A DNA stretch of 64,000 nt from assembly GCA_004020315.1 (NCBI GenBank), contig SAQG01000025.1, positions 13,919 through 77,918 of the forward strand, given 5' to 3'. Of this stretch, positions 39,337-48,925 are shown in pieces; positions within the stretch are counted from its first letter, which is position 1, and each line of letters opens with the position of its first letter. Made by a program: the position numbers and the translations under genes. The DNA is from Mesorhizobium sp. Lineage in GTDB: Bacteria; Pseudomonadota; Alphaproteobacteria; Rhizobiales; Rhizobiaceae. The notes below the pieces were generated by a model. It saw only the letters and a list, made by a program, of their open reading frames with translations. It was not told the DNA's origin and searched no databases.

Positions 39337-40100
39337 AGGAAGCCCCCGTCGACGATCAGCATCTGTGCGGTCAGCATGCGCGAAGCATCCGACGCCAGGA
39401 ACAGCACCGTGCCGACAATGTCTTCCGGTTGCATCACCCGCTTGATGCATTGCTTGGCAACGTGGGCGGCGAGGGCCTGTTCGGTGACCCAGAGTTCCTT
39501 CTGCCGCTCGGTGATCACCCAGCCGGGTGCGATCGCATTGACGCGAATGCCGTCGGCGCCAAGCTTGCCGGCAAGCCCCTTGGTCAGGCCCACGATGCCC
39601 GCTTTGGCGGCGGTATAGGCCGGCATGTCGGGGTGGTTGATCAGGAACGACGTCGACGTGAAGTTGATGATCGAGCCGCCGCCGGCGCGCCTCATGCCCG
39701 GCGCCACCGCCTGGGCGGAGAAGAAATGCGGCCGCAGATTGACCGCCTGGTTGTTGTCCCAGAACTCCACGGTGACATCTTCCACCGCGTGGCGATCATC
39801 AAGTGCTGCATTGTTGACCAGCACGGTGACGTCGCCATGTGCTTCGGCAGCCTTGGCTACCGAAGCCCGCAGCGCCTCGATATCGCGTATGTCCGTCTCG
39901 AGATAGAGAGGCCGCCGGCCGAGATCCGTCTCGATGCGGTCGGCCAGCGCCAGGCTCGGGCCGTCGGCGATGTCGATGAAGGCGACCTTTGCCCCCTGGC
40001 GGGCAAAACCCTCCGTCAGCACCGCGCCGATGCCGGAACCGCCGCCGGTGATAAGCACCGAAGCGCCTTCAAGGTCGGCAAAGCGCGCCGATGGCATCAT
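39333..40100 (-). CDS. SDR family oxidoreductase (first gene of the galactonate block; possible sugar dehydrogenase)
   Basis: ITGGGSGIGAV glycine motif and catalytic YTAAK (YxxxK). Confidence 0.8.
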   Translation of the reverse strand: MMPSARFADLEGASVLITGGGSGIGAVLTEGFARQGAKVAFIDIADGPSLALADRIETDLGRRPLYLETDIRDIEALRASVAKAAEAHGDVTVLVNNAALDDRHAVEDVTVEFWDNNQAVNLRPHFFSAQAVAPGMRRAGGGSIINFTSTSFLINHPDMPAYTAAKAGIVGLTKGLAGKLGADGIRVNAIAPGWVITERQKELWVTEQALAAHVAKQCIKRVMQPEDIVGTVLFLASDASRMLTAQMLIVDGGFL

Positions 40101-40229
40101 TTTTTTCTCCCTGGCTCAGTCGGCGCGCATCCTAGCCAGCCCGGTCGGGGGAGCAAGGAGAAAAGCAAATTCGCGGGCTTATGTCTGACAAAAGGGGCCG
40201 CCGTATCGCAGCGGCAGCGCAATCGCTCG

Positions 40230-40391
40230 TCAGATCGCCTTGGCGCGCAAGGCGCCGCGGAGCGAATTTCTGAGATAGCCGAGCGTGGCATCGGCATCGA
40301 CCGGTCTGCCGAACAGGAATCCTTGCCCGCCGGCGCAGTTGGACAAGCGCCCCGCCTGCGCCCCGCGGACGCCCAGCAGGCAATCCTCAAA
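40230..40391 (-). pseudogene. Remnant of the C-terminal end of an EAL-domain (c-di-GMP phosphodiesterase) gene
   Basis: The last ~53 codons of ORF 40230..40529 read ...[30 protein letters not shown]..., resembling the EAL C-terminal block (GVE..Q...L...GC...QGFLFGRP). Nothing EAL-like lies upstream, where the gshB start is. Confidence 0.4.
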
Positions 40392-40467
40392 ATGTCGCGA
40401 TTGGCAGATGACCGGCGAGGTTGTACAGGCAAGCACAGCTGCCCATCCGATCCGCCGGAGATCCGCC

Positions 40468-41409
40468 ATGCCTCTGAAAATCGCCGTCCAGATGGACCAC
40501 ATCTCCACCGTCTCGATTGCCGGCGACACGTCTTTCGCGCTGTCGCTGGAAGCGCAGCGACGCGGCCATCAGCTGTTCCATTATACGCCCGATCGGCTGT
40601 CGCTGCGCGACGGCAAGGTATTTGCCCGCATCGAGGCAATGCAGATCCGCGACGAAAAGGGTAATCACTATTCGCTCGGCGAAGAAGTCCGCACCGACCT
40701 GTCGGAGATGGATGTCGTCCTGCTCAGGCAGGATCCGCCGTTCGACATGAACTACATCACCACGACGCACATACTCGAGCGCATCCACCCCAAGACACTG
40801 GTGGTCAACGACCCGGCCTGGGTGCGCAACAGTCCGGAAAAGATTTTCGTCACCGAATTTCCCGACCTGATGCCGGAAACGCTGATCACCAAGGACCCGC
40901 TGGAGGTCGCCGCCTTCCGCAAGGAGTTCGGCGACATCATCGTCAAGCCGCTCTACGGCAATGGCGGCGCCGGCATCTTCCACCTGCACGAGGCCGACCG
41001 CAACCTTGCCTCGCTGCTCGAAATGTTCGGCCAGTTGTTCCGCGAACCCTATATCGTGCAGCGTTATCTTAAGGAGGTCCGCGCCGGCGACAAGCGCATC
41101 ATCCTGATCGACGGCGCGCCGGTCGGCGCCATCAACCGGGTGCCGGCCGAGCATGATTCGCGCTCCAACATGCATGTCGGCGGCCGCGCCGAAAAAACCG
41201 AACTGACGGAGCGCGAACGCGAGATCTGCGCCCGCATCGGCCCATCGCTGAAAGAGCGCGGTTTTATCCTCGTCGGCATCGACGTGATCGGCGACTACAT
41301 GACCGAGATCAACGTCACATCGCCGACCGGCGTGCGCGAGGTGAAACGCTTCGGCGGCGCCGACATCGCCAGCCTCTTCTGGGACGCGGTCGAGGACAAA
41401 CGCAAGTAG
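40468..41409 (+). CDS. gshB: Glutathione synthetase
   Basis: ATG at 40468 ([13 protein letters not shown]) inside ORF 40285..41409. [21 protein letters not shown] and [10 protein letters not shown] motifs. Confidence 0.9.
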   Translation: MPLKIAVQMDHISTVSIAGDTSFALSLEAQRRGHQLFHYTPDRLSLRDGKVFARIEAMQIRDEKGNHYSLGEEVRTDLSEMDVVLLRQDPPFDMNYITTTHILERIHPKTLVVNDPAWVRNSPEKIFVTEFPDLMPETLITKDPLEVAAFRKEFGDIIVKPLYGNGGAGIFHLHEADRNLASLLEMFGQLFREPYIVQRYLKEVRAGDKRIILIDGAPVGAINRVPAEHDSRSNMHVGGRAEKTELTEREREICARIGPSLKERGFILVGIDVIGDYMTEINVTSPTGVREVKRFGGADIASLFWDAVEDKRK

Positions 41410-41589
41410 CGTCCATGCTTGACGGAATAGTGTTTTTCGGCGCGTAGCGGCGCACGCGATCAGAGCGCAACGTTTAATTGTTCCCGTAATGTTCTTGCCT
41501 TCGCCCAAAATCCGTGGTTGTCTCCGATGACGCCGTTCGCGGCACGATCGCATGGGCTTCGGGCGAGCCCGTATCTGGGGGCAGAAAAA

Positions 41590-43121
41590 ATGGTTGCGCG
41601 GGTCCGCACGGTCGCTTTCCAGGGGATCGAGGCCGTGCCGGTCGACGTGCAGGTGATGATCGCGCCCGGCAAGGTCAACATGCACATCGTCGGCCTCGGC
41701 GACAAGGCGGTGGCCGAAAGCCGCGAGCGGGTGCAGGCGGCGCTGCATGCGTCGGGCCTGTCGATGCCTTCGAAGAAGGTTACGGTCAATCTGGCGCCCG
41801 CCGACCTGCCCAAGGAAGGCAGCCACTACGATTTGCCGATCGCGCTTGGCCTGATGGCGGCACTTGGCGCCATTCCGGGCGACATGCTGGCTGGCTATGT
41901 CGTGCTTGGCGAGCTGTCGCTCGACGGCACCATCGCCGCGGTGGCCGGCGCGCTGCCGGCGGCGATCGGCGCCAATGCCGAAGGCAAGGGCCTGATCTGC
42001 CCTTTCGCCTGCGGCCGGAAGCGGCGTGGGCCGGCAAGGATTTCGACATCCTGGCGCCACGCAGCCTGATCGCCATCGCCAATCATTTTCGTGGCACGCA
42101 GGTTCTGTCGCGGCCGGAAGCCGGCATCCATGCCTCGGCGCGCGATCTGCCTGATCTTGCCGACATCAAGGGCCAGGAGACCGCCAAGCGGGCACTGGAA
42201 GTGGCGGCGGCCGGCGGCCATAATTTGCTGATGATCGGACCGCCGGGTTCGGGAAAATCGATGCTGGCGCAGCGGCTGCCGTCGATCCTGCCGCCGCTGG
42301 CGCCCAGGGAATTGCTCGAAGTCTCGATGATCGCGTCGGTGGCCGGCGAGCTCGGCGAAGGCAAGCTGACCGACCGGCGGCCGTTCCGCGCCTCGCATCA
42401 TTCGGCCTCGATGGCGGCGATGGTCGGCGGCGGCCTGCGCGTGCGGCCGGGCGAGGCCTCGCTTGCCCATCACGGCGTGCTGTTCCTCGACGAGTTTCCC
42501 GAATTTTCGCCGCAGGCGCTCGACGCGCTGCGCCAGCCGCTGGAGACCGGCGACTGCATGATCGCCCGCGCCAATCACCGCGTCACCTATCCGGCGCGCA
42601 TTCAGCTGGTCGCGGCGATGAATCCATGCCGCTGCGGCATGGCCGGCGAGCCGGGCTATCGCTGCCTGCGCGGCGACCGTTGCCGCACCGACTACCAGGC
42701 GCGTATTTCCGGCCCGCTGCTCGACCGCATCGATCTCCGGATCGAAGTGCCGGCGGTCTCGGCGAGCGATCTGATCCGGCCGGACCGGGCGGAGAAAAGT
42801 GCCGCTGTGGCGCTGCGCGTGGCCCGAGCCCGGACGATCCAGCGTGAGCGTTTCGAGCGGCTCGGCGCGACCTCCGCCACCACCAACGCGCATTGCTCGC
42901 CCTCGGTCATCGAGGAGATCGCGATGCCGGATGCATCAGGCCTGTCGCTGCTCAGGGACGCCAGCGAAAAGCTCGGCTTTTCGGCGCGTGCCTATCATCG
43001 GGTGCTGAAGGTGGCGCGAACATTGGCCGATCTCGAGGCCAGCGAGACGGTCGGCCGTATCCATCTGGCCGAGGCGATTTCCTACCGCATGAGTTCGGAG
43101 CGGATGGCGCAGGCGGCGTAG
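41590..43121 (+). pseudogene. comM: YifB/ComM Mg-chelatase-like AAA+ ATPase, frame broken by an apparent 1-nt deletion at about 42013-42018 (or a sequencing error)
   Basis: The N-terminal 140 codons (MVARVRTVAFQGIEAVPVDVQV...GKGLICPFACG) are in the frame of ORF 41518..42069. The rest (PEAAWAGKDFDILAPRSL...MIGPPGSGKSM...GVLFLDEFPEF) is in the frame of ORF 41514..43121. The span is 1532 nt, which is 3n+2. GGCCGG would need to be GGCCCGG. Confidence 0.8.
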
Positions 43122-43381
43122 AGTGACGACATTCGGGCGCGAACCGCCGAGCCAGTCAGCAAGCTGTGCACCGTTCTTCTGGGCCTGGTCATCTCTAGGA
43201 GTTCGACGCGCAGTTGCTGCCGGTCGGGAAGCGCCATCGTCGCCAGGTCGGCCAACCAGATGCCGTCGGCAGCCGGCCTGACGATTGCGTGGCGCATCTC
43301 GCTATCGGTTGCGTGCCGCTCGAAGCGGGCCTGGAACCAGTTGACCCACAATGCGCGCAGATCGGCGTCGGTCAGCCGACG

Positions 43382-43459
43382 GGCCGGAAGTGCCCCGGCC
43401 CGCAGGACCTCGACCTTCTGATGCTACGCAGCCTGATCGCTATCGCCAATCCTTTCCGC
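43382..43459 (+). pseudogene. Decayed duplicate of an internal comM segment
   Basis: 43426-43451 matches comM 42059-42084 at 25 of 26 nt (ACGCAGCCTGATCGC[C/T]ATCGCCAATC). The flanks are also similar. It translates as GRKCPGPQDLDLLMLRSLIAIANPFR, against comM ...GPEAAWAGKDFDILAPRSLIAIANHFR. Confidence 0.55.
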
Positions 43460-43464
43460 GACAG

Positions 43465-44007
43465 CTACTTAACCGGGATCATCAGATGTGCGTAGGGAGT
43501 GCCCGCCCACATCACATATGGCCTGGACGTGTCAGGCTTGGGGTCCGCCGGATAGCCGTGCATCATATCCATCGCATTGACGATCATCACGTGCGGTCCG
43601 GTCTCCACCCAATTGTTGCCGGGCTCGGGCTTCGTCGCATAAGGATCGGTGTTGCTGCCGTCGGTGCCGCCGGCCAGCATATACATGAAGCCGACCTTGC
43701 CCTTGGGCGGTTCCTTTTTTCCCATCCACGCCACCGCCCATTCCATCGAGTTGGCATCGCCACACATTGGATCCGGGCCAGGCGTGGCCGGATTGTCGGG
43801 CATGCACCAGAAGCCGTTTGTGCCCTCGCGCAATGTGCGCATTCCACCTTTCTCATCCATAGCGTGGATCGTTGCGCCGCTTGCTACGGCGGGCGGTGCG
43901 GCGGATTCAGCGCTCTTGATCAGCGCAGCATCATCGGCGGCTGCGCCTTGCATCGCAAACAAACTGCCCGCCGCCAAAAGGGCAGCGACCGTCAGAAGCC
44001 GTTTCAT
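43465..44007 (-). CDS. Secreted hypothetical protein
   Basis: ATG at 44007 (MKRLLTVAALLAAGSLFAMQGAAA signal peptide) inside ORF 43465..44115. The mature part is rich in G/P/M/W. I recognise no family. Confidence 0.6.
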   Translation of the reverse strand: MKRLLTVAALLAAGSLFAMQGAAADDAALIKSAESAAPPAVASGATIHAMDEKGGMRTLREGTNGFWCMPDNPATPGPDPMCGDANSMEWAVAWMGKKEPPKGKVGFMYMLAGGTDGSNTDPYATKPEPGNNWVETGPHVMIVNAMDMMHGYPADPKPDTSRPYVMWAGTPYAHLMIPVK

Positions 44008-44386
44008 GGCCGTTCTCCGGTTTTTGAGTTGATCTTGTGCATGATGTCGGACGCACGGCCTCCCAGAGCCGTTTGTCAGTGGTAAAATCGTACCAGATCG
44101 CATGCATCGGGACAATGACGTTTTAGCGATGCCTAATATCTCGGGTGATTGATGCTAGAAGTCTGCTCCATCAATCCCGCGCATTCTCTGCGTTGAATAT
44201 CCGGCATGCCAGATGCCCCGGGACGGGCTGCAACGCGCCTTCGGCCCGAGCACGGATAGGCGCACAATTTCTGGAAACATCCGGAGTGAGGTCAGGCGTC
44301 AGCGGCGCCTCTCAAACATGCAGCATCGGACGATCTTCTATTTCGCGCCGCGTATCTTGAGACTGCGCCTTTGCAACGCGGGCTTG

Positions 44387-46561
44387 CTATCCAGCCCGTT
44401 CCTTCGCCTTCAGCTCCAGCCGGCGCGCGTGCAGGACCGGCTCGGTGTAGCCGTTGGGCTGGACGCGGCCCTTGAAGACCAAGTCGCAAGCAGCGAGGAA
44501 GGCGATCGACTTGTCGAAGTCGGGCGCCATCGGCCGGTAGAGCGGATCGCCGGCGTTCTGGCGGTCGACGACGCCAGCCATGCGCTTCATCGTCTCCATC
44601 ACCTGGTCGCTCGTGCAGACGCCATGATGCAGCCAGTTGGCGATATGCTGCGAGGAGATACGCAGCGTAGCGCGGTCCTCCATCAGGCCAACGTCGTTGA
44701 TGTCAGGCACTTTCGAACAGCCGACGCCCTGGTCGATCCAGCGCACGACATAGCCGAGAATGCCTTGCGCATTGTTGTCGAGCTCCTTCTGGATTTCCTC
44801 TTGAGACCAGTTCGGCCGCACCGCTACCGGCACCGACAAGATGTCGTCGAGCTTGGCCTTCGGCCGGCTCTTCAGCGCCACTTGGACGGCATGGACATCG
44901 ATCTTGTGATAATGGGTGGCGTGCAGCGTCGCCGCTGTCGGCGACGGCACCCAGGCGGTGTTGGCGCCGGCCTTGGGATGGGAGATCTTCTCCGCAAGCA
45001 TCGCCGCCATCAGATCGGGCATCGCCCACATGCCCTTGCCGATCTGGGCGCGGCCGGCGAGCCCGCATTCCAGCCCGGTGTCGACGTTCCAGGCTTCGTA
45101 GGCGGCAATCCAAACGGCCTGCTTCATGTCGCCCTTGCGGATCATCGGGCCGGCTTCCATTGAGGTGTGGATCTCGTCGCCGGTGCGGTCGAGGAAGCCG
45201 GTGTTGATGAAGACGACGCGGTCCTTGGCGGCGCGGATCGCCTCCTTGAGGTTGACGGTGGTGCGCCGCTCCTCGTCCATGATGCCCATCTTGATGGTGT
45301 TTTTCGCCATGCCGAGCAGCGCCTCGACGCGGTCGAAGATCTCGACAGCGAAAGCGACTTCCTCCGGCCCGTGCATCTTGGGCTTTACGACGTACATCGA
45401 GCCGGCGCGGGAGTTTTGCCGGCGGCCGTTCGGGCCGACATCGTGCAGCGCGATCAGCGCCGTCATCGCCGCGTCCATGATGCCTTCCGGCACCTCGTTG
45501 CCGTCGCGGTCAGATATCGCCGGATTGGTCATGAGGTGGCCGACGTTCCTGACCAGCATCAGCGAGCGGCCGGGCAGGGTGAGCGCGCCGCCATCAGGCG
45601 CGGTATACGACCGGTCTGGATTGAGTTTTCGCGTAAAGGTCTTGCCGCCCTTGGTGATCTCCTCGGCAAGGTCGCCCTTCATCAGGCCGAGCCAGTTGCG
45701 GTAGACTACGACCTTGTCCTGCGCATCCACCGCGGCGACCGAATCCTCGCAGTCCTGGATGGTGGTCAGCGCCGATTCCAGGATGACATCAGCGATGCCG
45801 GCCGGATCGGTCTTGCCGATCTGGTTGCTACGGTCGATGACGATCTCGATATGCAGGCCATTCCTGGTGAGCAGGACGGCTTCGGGAGTCTCGGCGTCGC
45901 CGCGATAGCCGGCAAACTGATTGGGGTCGGCGAGCGTGGTGGCGCCGGCGCCCTCGCCCAGCCGCAACATGCCGTTGGCGACCGAAAGCCCGTTCACCCC
46001 TGCCCATTTGCCCGTCGTGAGCGGCACCGATTCATCGAGAAAACCCTTCGCCCAGGCAATGACCTTGGCGCCGCGCACGGGATTGAACCTCCCGCCCTTC
46101 TCGGCGCCGTCCGTCTCGGGAATGGCGTCGGTGCCGTAGAGCGCGTCGTAGAGCGAGCCCCAGCGCGCATTGGCGGCATTCAGCGCATAGCGCGCGTTCA
46201 TCACCGGCACCACCAGCTGCGGCCCGGCGACCACCGAAATCTCCGGGTCGACATTTTCGGTCGTCACCGAAAAGGCCGGCCCCTCCGGCACGAGATAGCC
46301 GATCTCCCTCAGGAACCCTTTGTAGACTTCGATGTCGCTGGGCGCACCATTGTCGCGGTACCAGCGGTCGATCTTGTCCTGCAGGGCGTCGCGCTTTGCG
46401 AGCAGCGCCCGGTTCTTCGGCGAAAGGTCGTGCACGATGGCCGAAAAGCCGGTCCAAAAGGCGTTGGCGGCAATGCCGGTGCCCCGCAGCGCCTCGTTCA
46501 CGACGAAATCATAAAGCTCGCGGGCAATCCGCAATCCGGCGATTTCGACGCGATCGGTCAT
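44387..46561 (-). CDS. glcB: Malate synthase G
   Basis: 724 aa. [21 protein letters not shown]-terminus and overall length typical of the G isoform. Confidence 0.92.
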   Translation of the reverse strand: MTDRVEIAGLRIARELYDFVVNEALRGTGIAANAFWTGFSAIVHDLSPKNRALLAKRDALQDKIDRWYRDNGAPSDIEVYKGFLREIGYLVPEGPAFSVTTENVDPEISVVAGPQLVVPVMNARYALNAANARWGSLYDALYGTDAIPETDGAEKGGRFNPVRGAKVIAWAKGFLDESVPLTTGKWAGVNGLSVANGMLRLGEGAGATTLADPNQFAGYRGDAETPEAVLLTRNGLHIEIVIDRSNQIGKTDPAGIADVILESALTTIQDCEDSVAAVDAQDKVVVYRNWLGLMKGDLAEEITKGGKTFTRKLNPDRSYTAPDGGALTLPGRSLMLVRNVGHLMTNPAISDRDGNEVPEGIMDAAMTALIALHDVGPNGRRQNSRAGSMYVVKPKMHGPEEVAFAVEIFDRVEALLGMAKNTIKMGIMDEERRTTVNLKEAIRAAKDRVVFINTGFLDRTGDEIHTSMEAGPMIRKGDMKQAVWIAAYEAWNVDTGLECGLAGRAQIGKGMWAMPDLMAAMLAEKISHPKAGANTAWVPSPTAATLHATHYHKIDVHAVQVALKSRPKAKLDDILSVPVAVRPNWSQEEIQKELDNNAQGILGYVVRWIDQGVGCSKVPDINDVGLMEDRATLRISSQHIANWLHHGVCTSDQVMETMKRMAGVVDRQNAGDPLYRPMAPDFDKSIAFLAACDLVFKGRVQPNGYTEPVLHARRLELKAKERAG

Positions 46562-46658
46562 CGGGGCTTCTCCAAGATGAAGGCTTTGGCCGGGCCTTTG
46601 GCATGTCAGGGTAGCACGGTCAATTCAGCTTAGGGTAAAGGGGAGGTATTTTGCAGCA

Positions 46659-46810
46659 GATCTCCCCACTTGAGGGGGAGATGGCCGGCAGGCCAGAGGG
46701 GGTCGCCTCGCGTGGACCGCGACCCCTTTTTGCACCCAATCACGTCGTGCCTCATGCGCGGCGACCGCCTCTGTCGCCTTCGGCGACATCTCCCCCTCGA
46801 GGGGGGAGAT
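46659..46810. repeat. REP/REPIN-like inverted doublet D3 (units 46659-46707 and 46763-46810)
   Basis: Unit 1: GATCTCCCC-acttga-GGGGGAGAT, GGCC-ggca-GGCC, AGAGGGGGTCGCC. Unit 2 inverted: GACCGCCTCT, GTCGCC-ttc-GGCGAC, ATCTCCCCC-tcgag-GGGGGGAGAT. Confidence 0.85.
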
Positions 46811-46817
46811 TACGCGC

Positions 46818-48839
46818 TCACACCGCAATCCTTGGCCTGCCCGACGCCACCGCCACCACATGCGCCTCGATGAACATGCGCTGGCCCTCGACGGTCGAGA
46901 CGCGGAATTCGCTGGCGACCTCGATCTCGGCGGCGTCAGTGCCGGCGTCCTTGGCCCGCCCGGCGGCAATGGCGCGGACATCGGTTTCCGCCGCCGCGAT
47001 CGCCGCCGCCTCGTCTTTGAAATCGCGCACGCTTTCGCCTGAGGCGACGCGAAACAGCCCTTCCTTGGGCTGACTGACGCGCGCCTCCGCCGAAACCCTG
47101 ACCTGGCCGACGACGGCGCCGAGCGCATTGGCGACGTCGGTATCCTCGGGCACGACGCAGTCATTGCCGACCAGCTCGGCGAGGCCAGCATAATGCAGCG
47201 GCGCCGAGGCGCCGAGGCCGATGACCGGCCGGTCGAGCGCGACGCTGAGGCGGGCGATGCCGGGATGCGCGTCGACGGCGCGCTGGACCAGCGCGTGCGC
47301 GACGGTCGCCGCGCCGTCGAGCCCGTCCTCGGCAAAGGCGGTCTCGAGGATGACTTCCGCCGACAGGCGGGTCAGCGCGGTCAGCACCCGTTCCGAGATC
47401 GCCTCCGGCGAGGCGGCGATCGCTTGCCCGCGGCCGTCGCGCTTGCGGGCGAACAGCTCCGCACCCAGACGGGCCGAATCGGCATCCCAATTCGCCTGCT
47501 TGCCCAGCACATGGGCGGCATCCGACGGCGTGAAGCCGGCGACATGCACCAGCCCGCGCGATACCAGCCGGTTCAAAGTGGCGTTCTGGGCGTTCGAGGT
47601 CAAAAGCCTGTCGACGGCGAGAGGCGTCGGGCCGATCATCTCGTAAAGCTTGGCCTCGGCGCCGGTCAGGCCGGCCGCCAGCCGCTCCGGCACGCCGGTC
47701 CTGACCGCCAGGCGGCCATCCATGCGGCCGGGGTTAGGCGCCCGCAGCTGGCGTCCCAGTTCGACAGTCACGGCCTCGCCATGCATCATGCCGGCCAGCG
47801 CCAGCGGCACCAGGCGGCGCGGCCCGAGCAGGATCTTTGGGTTGAGCGCGCCGTCCTCCAGCGCCACTTCGGAATCGCCACCGAGCCCAAAAGTGCGCAT
47901 CGCCACCGCCTCGACCATGGTGCGGAAACCGCCGACGGTGGCGCCTTCCGGATCGAGCCGGGGACGGCCCTTGTCGAGCACGGCGACGTCGGTGGTGGTG
48001 CCGCCGATGTCGGAGACGACGGCGTTGTCGAGGCCGGTCATGTGGCGGGCGCCGACCAGGCTGGCGGCCGGGCCGGACAGGATCGTCTCGATCGGCCGCT
48101 GGCGGGCGAAGGCGGCCGAGACCAGGGCGCCGTCACCGCGCACCACCATCAGCGGGGCGGCGATGCCGCGCGCGGCAAGAAAGCCCTCGGTCGCCGCCAC
48201 CAGCCGGTCGATCATCGAGATCAGCCTGGCGTTGAGCAGCGTCGTCAGCGCCCGGCGCGGGCCACCGAGCTTGGCCGAAAGCTCGTGGCTGGCGGTGACC
48301 GGCAGGCCGGTCTTTTCGCGGATCAGGTCGCGGGCGGCGAGTTCATGCGCCGGGTTGCGGGTGGCAAAATAGGCGCAGACGGCAAAGCCCGACACCGAAG
48401 CGCCGAGTTCCGGCAGCGCCGCCTCCAGCCCGGACAGGTCGAGCTTGGCCGCATTGCCGTGGACGTCGTGACCGCCGGGGCAGAACACCACAGGATCGGT
48501 GCCGAGTGCGGCCTTCAGCCCGTCGCGGGCGAGGTCGCCCTCGGAAAAGCCGATCATCACCAGCGCGACGCGGCCGCCCTGGCCCTCGACCAACGCATTG
48601 GTGGCGAGCGTCGTCGACATCGACACCAGTTTTATCGCTGCCGGGTCGGTGCCGGCTTTCTGCAGCACCGCATCGACCGCGCCTGATATGCCGACGGCGA
48701 GGTCGTGGCGGGTGGTGAGCGCCTTGGCCTTGGCCAGCACTTTTCCGCCAGGGCCGCCGGCTTCCGACCACAGCACGGCGTCGGTATAGGTGCCGCCGGT
48801 GTCGATGCCGAGGAACAGGGGTTTGGTCTTGGCGGTCAT
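46818..48839 (-). CDS. Hydantoinase/oxoprolinase family protein
   Basis: 673 aa. N-terminus LFLGIDTGGTYTDAVL and a second actin-fold block VSDIGGTTTDV. Confidence 0.8.
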   Translation of the reverse strand: MTAKTKPLFLGIDTGGTYTDAVLWSEAGGPGGKVLAKAKALTTRHDLAVGISGAVDAVLQKAGTDPAAIKLVSMSTTLATNALVEGQGGRVALVMIGFSEGDLARDGLKAALGTDPVVFCPGGHDVHGNAAKLDLSGLEAALPELGASVSGFAVCAYFATRNPAHELAARDLIREKTGLPVTASHELSAKLGGPRRALTTLLNARLISMIDRLVAATEGFLAARGIAAPLMVVRGDGALVSAAFARQRPIETILSGPAASLVGARHMTGLDNAVVSDIGGTTTDVAVLDKGRPRLDPEGATVGGFRTMVEAVAMRTFGLGGDSEVALEDGALNPKILLGPRRLVPLALAGMMHGEAVTVELGRQLRAPNPGRMDGRLAVRTGVPERLAAGLTGAEAKLYEMIGPTPLAVDRLLTSNAQNATLNRLVSRGLVHVAGFTPSDAAHVLGKQANWDADSARLGAELFARKRDGRGQAIAASPEAISERVLTALTRLSAEVILETAFAEDGLDGAATVAHALVQRAVDAHPGIARLSVALDRPVIGLGASAPLHYAGLAELVGNDCVVPEDTDVANALGAVVGQVRVSAEARVSQPKEGLFRVASGESVRDFKDEAAAIAAAETDVRAIAAGRAKDAGTDAAEIEVASEFRVSTVEGQRMFIEAHVVAVASGRPRIAV

Positions 48840-48925
48840 TGGCGGGTCCGGAGTTTTGCTTCCCCGCCCCTTAACCGATACCGGCCGGCGGATAAAGCCG
48901 CGAGCGCTGGGCCACGATGAAGTTC

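Noticed and set aside
21335-42020. Programmed ribosomal frameshifting in matA and comM
   Set aside because: I saw no slippery heptamer or downstream pseudoknot at either site. These families are normally single-frame proteins, so a deletion or sequencing error is the simpler explanation.
40387-42060. 557-aa minus-strand ORF spanning gshB and the comM 5' part
   Set aside because: It is antisense to two well-supported genes, its protein is dominated by R/A/G/D/H runs, and it crosses an intergenic region without regard to gene boundaries.
43082-43351. 89-aa minus-strand ORF downstream of comM as a real gene
   Set aside because: It overlaps the comM 3' end by 40 nt and its start abuts the comM relic region. 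It has no signal peptide, motif or ribosome-binding site that I can defend. It cannot be excluded without homology search.
45167-48686. Long plus-strand ORFs 45167..46633 (488 aa) and 47193..48686 (497 aa)
   Set aside because: They are antisense shadows of glcB and the hydantoinase-like gene and have no recognisable motifs. The same reasoning applies to 13771..14958, 54231..55724, 59471..60934, 61122..62315, 22622..23821 and 23713..25005.
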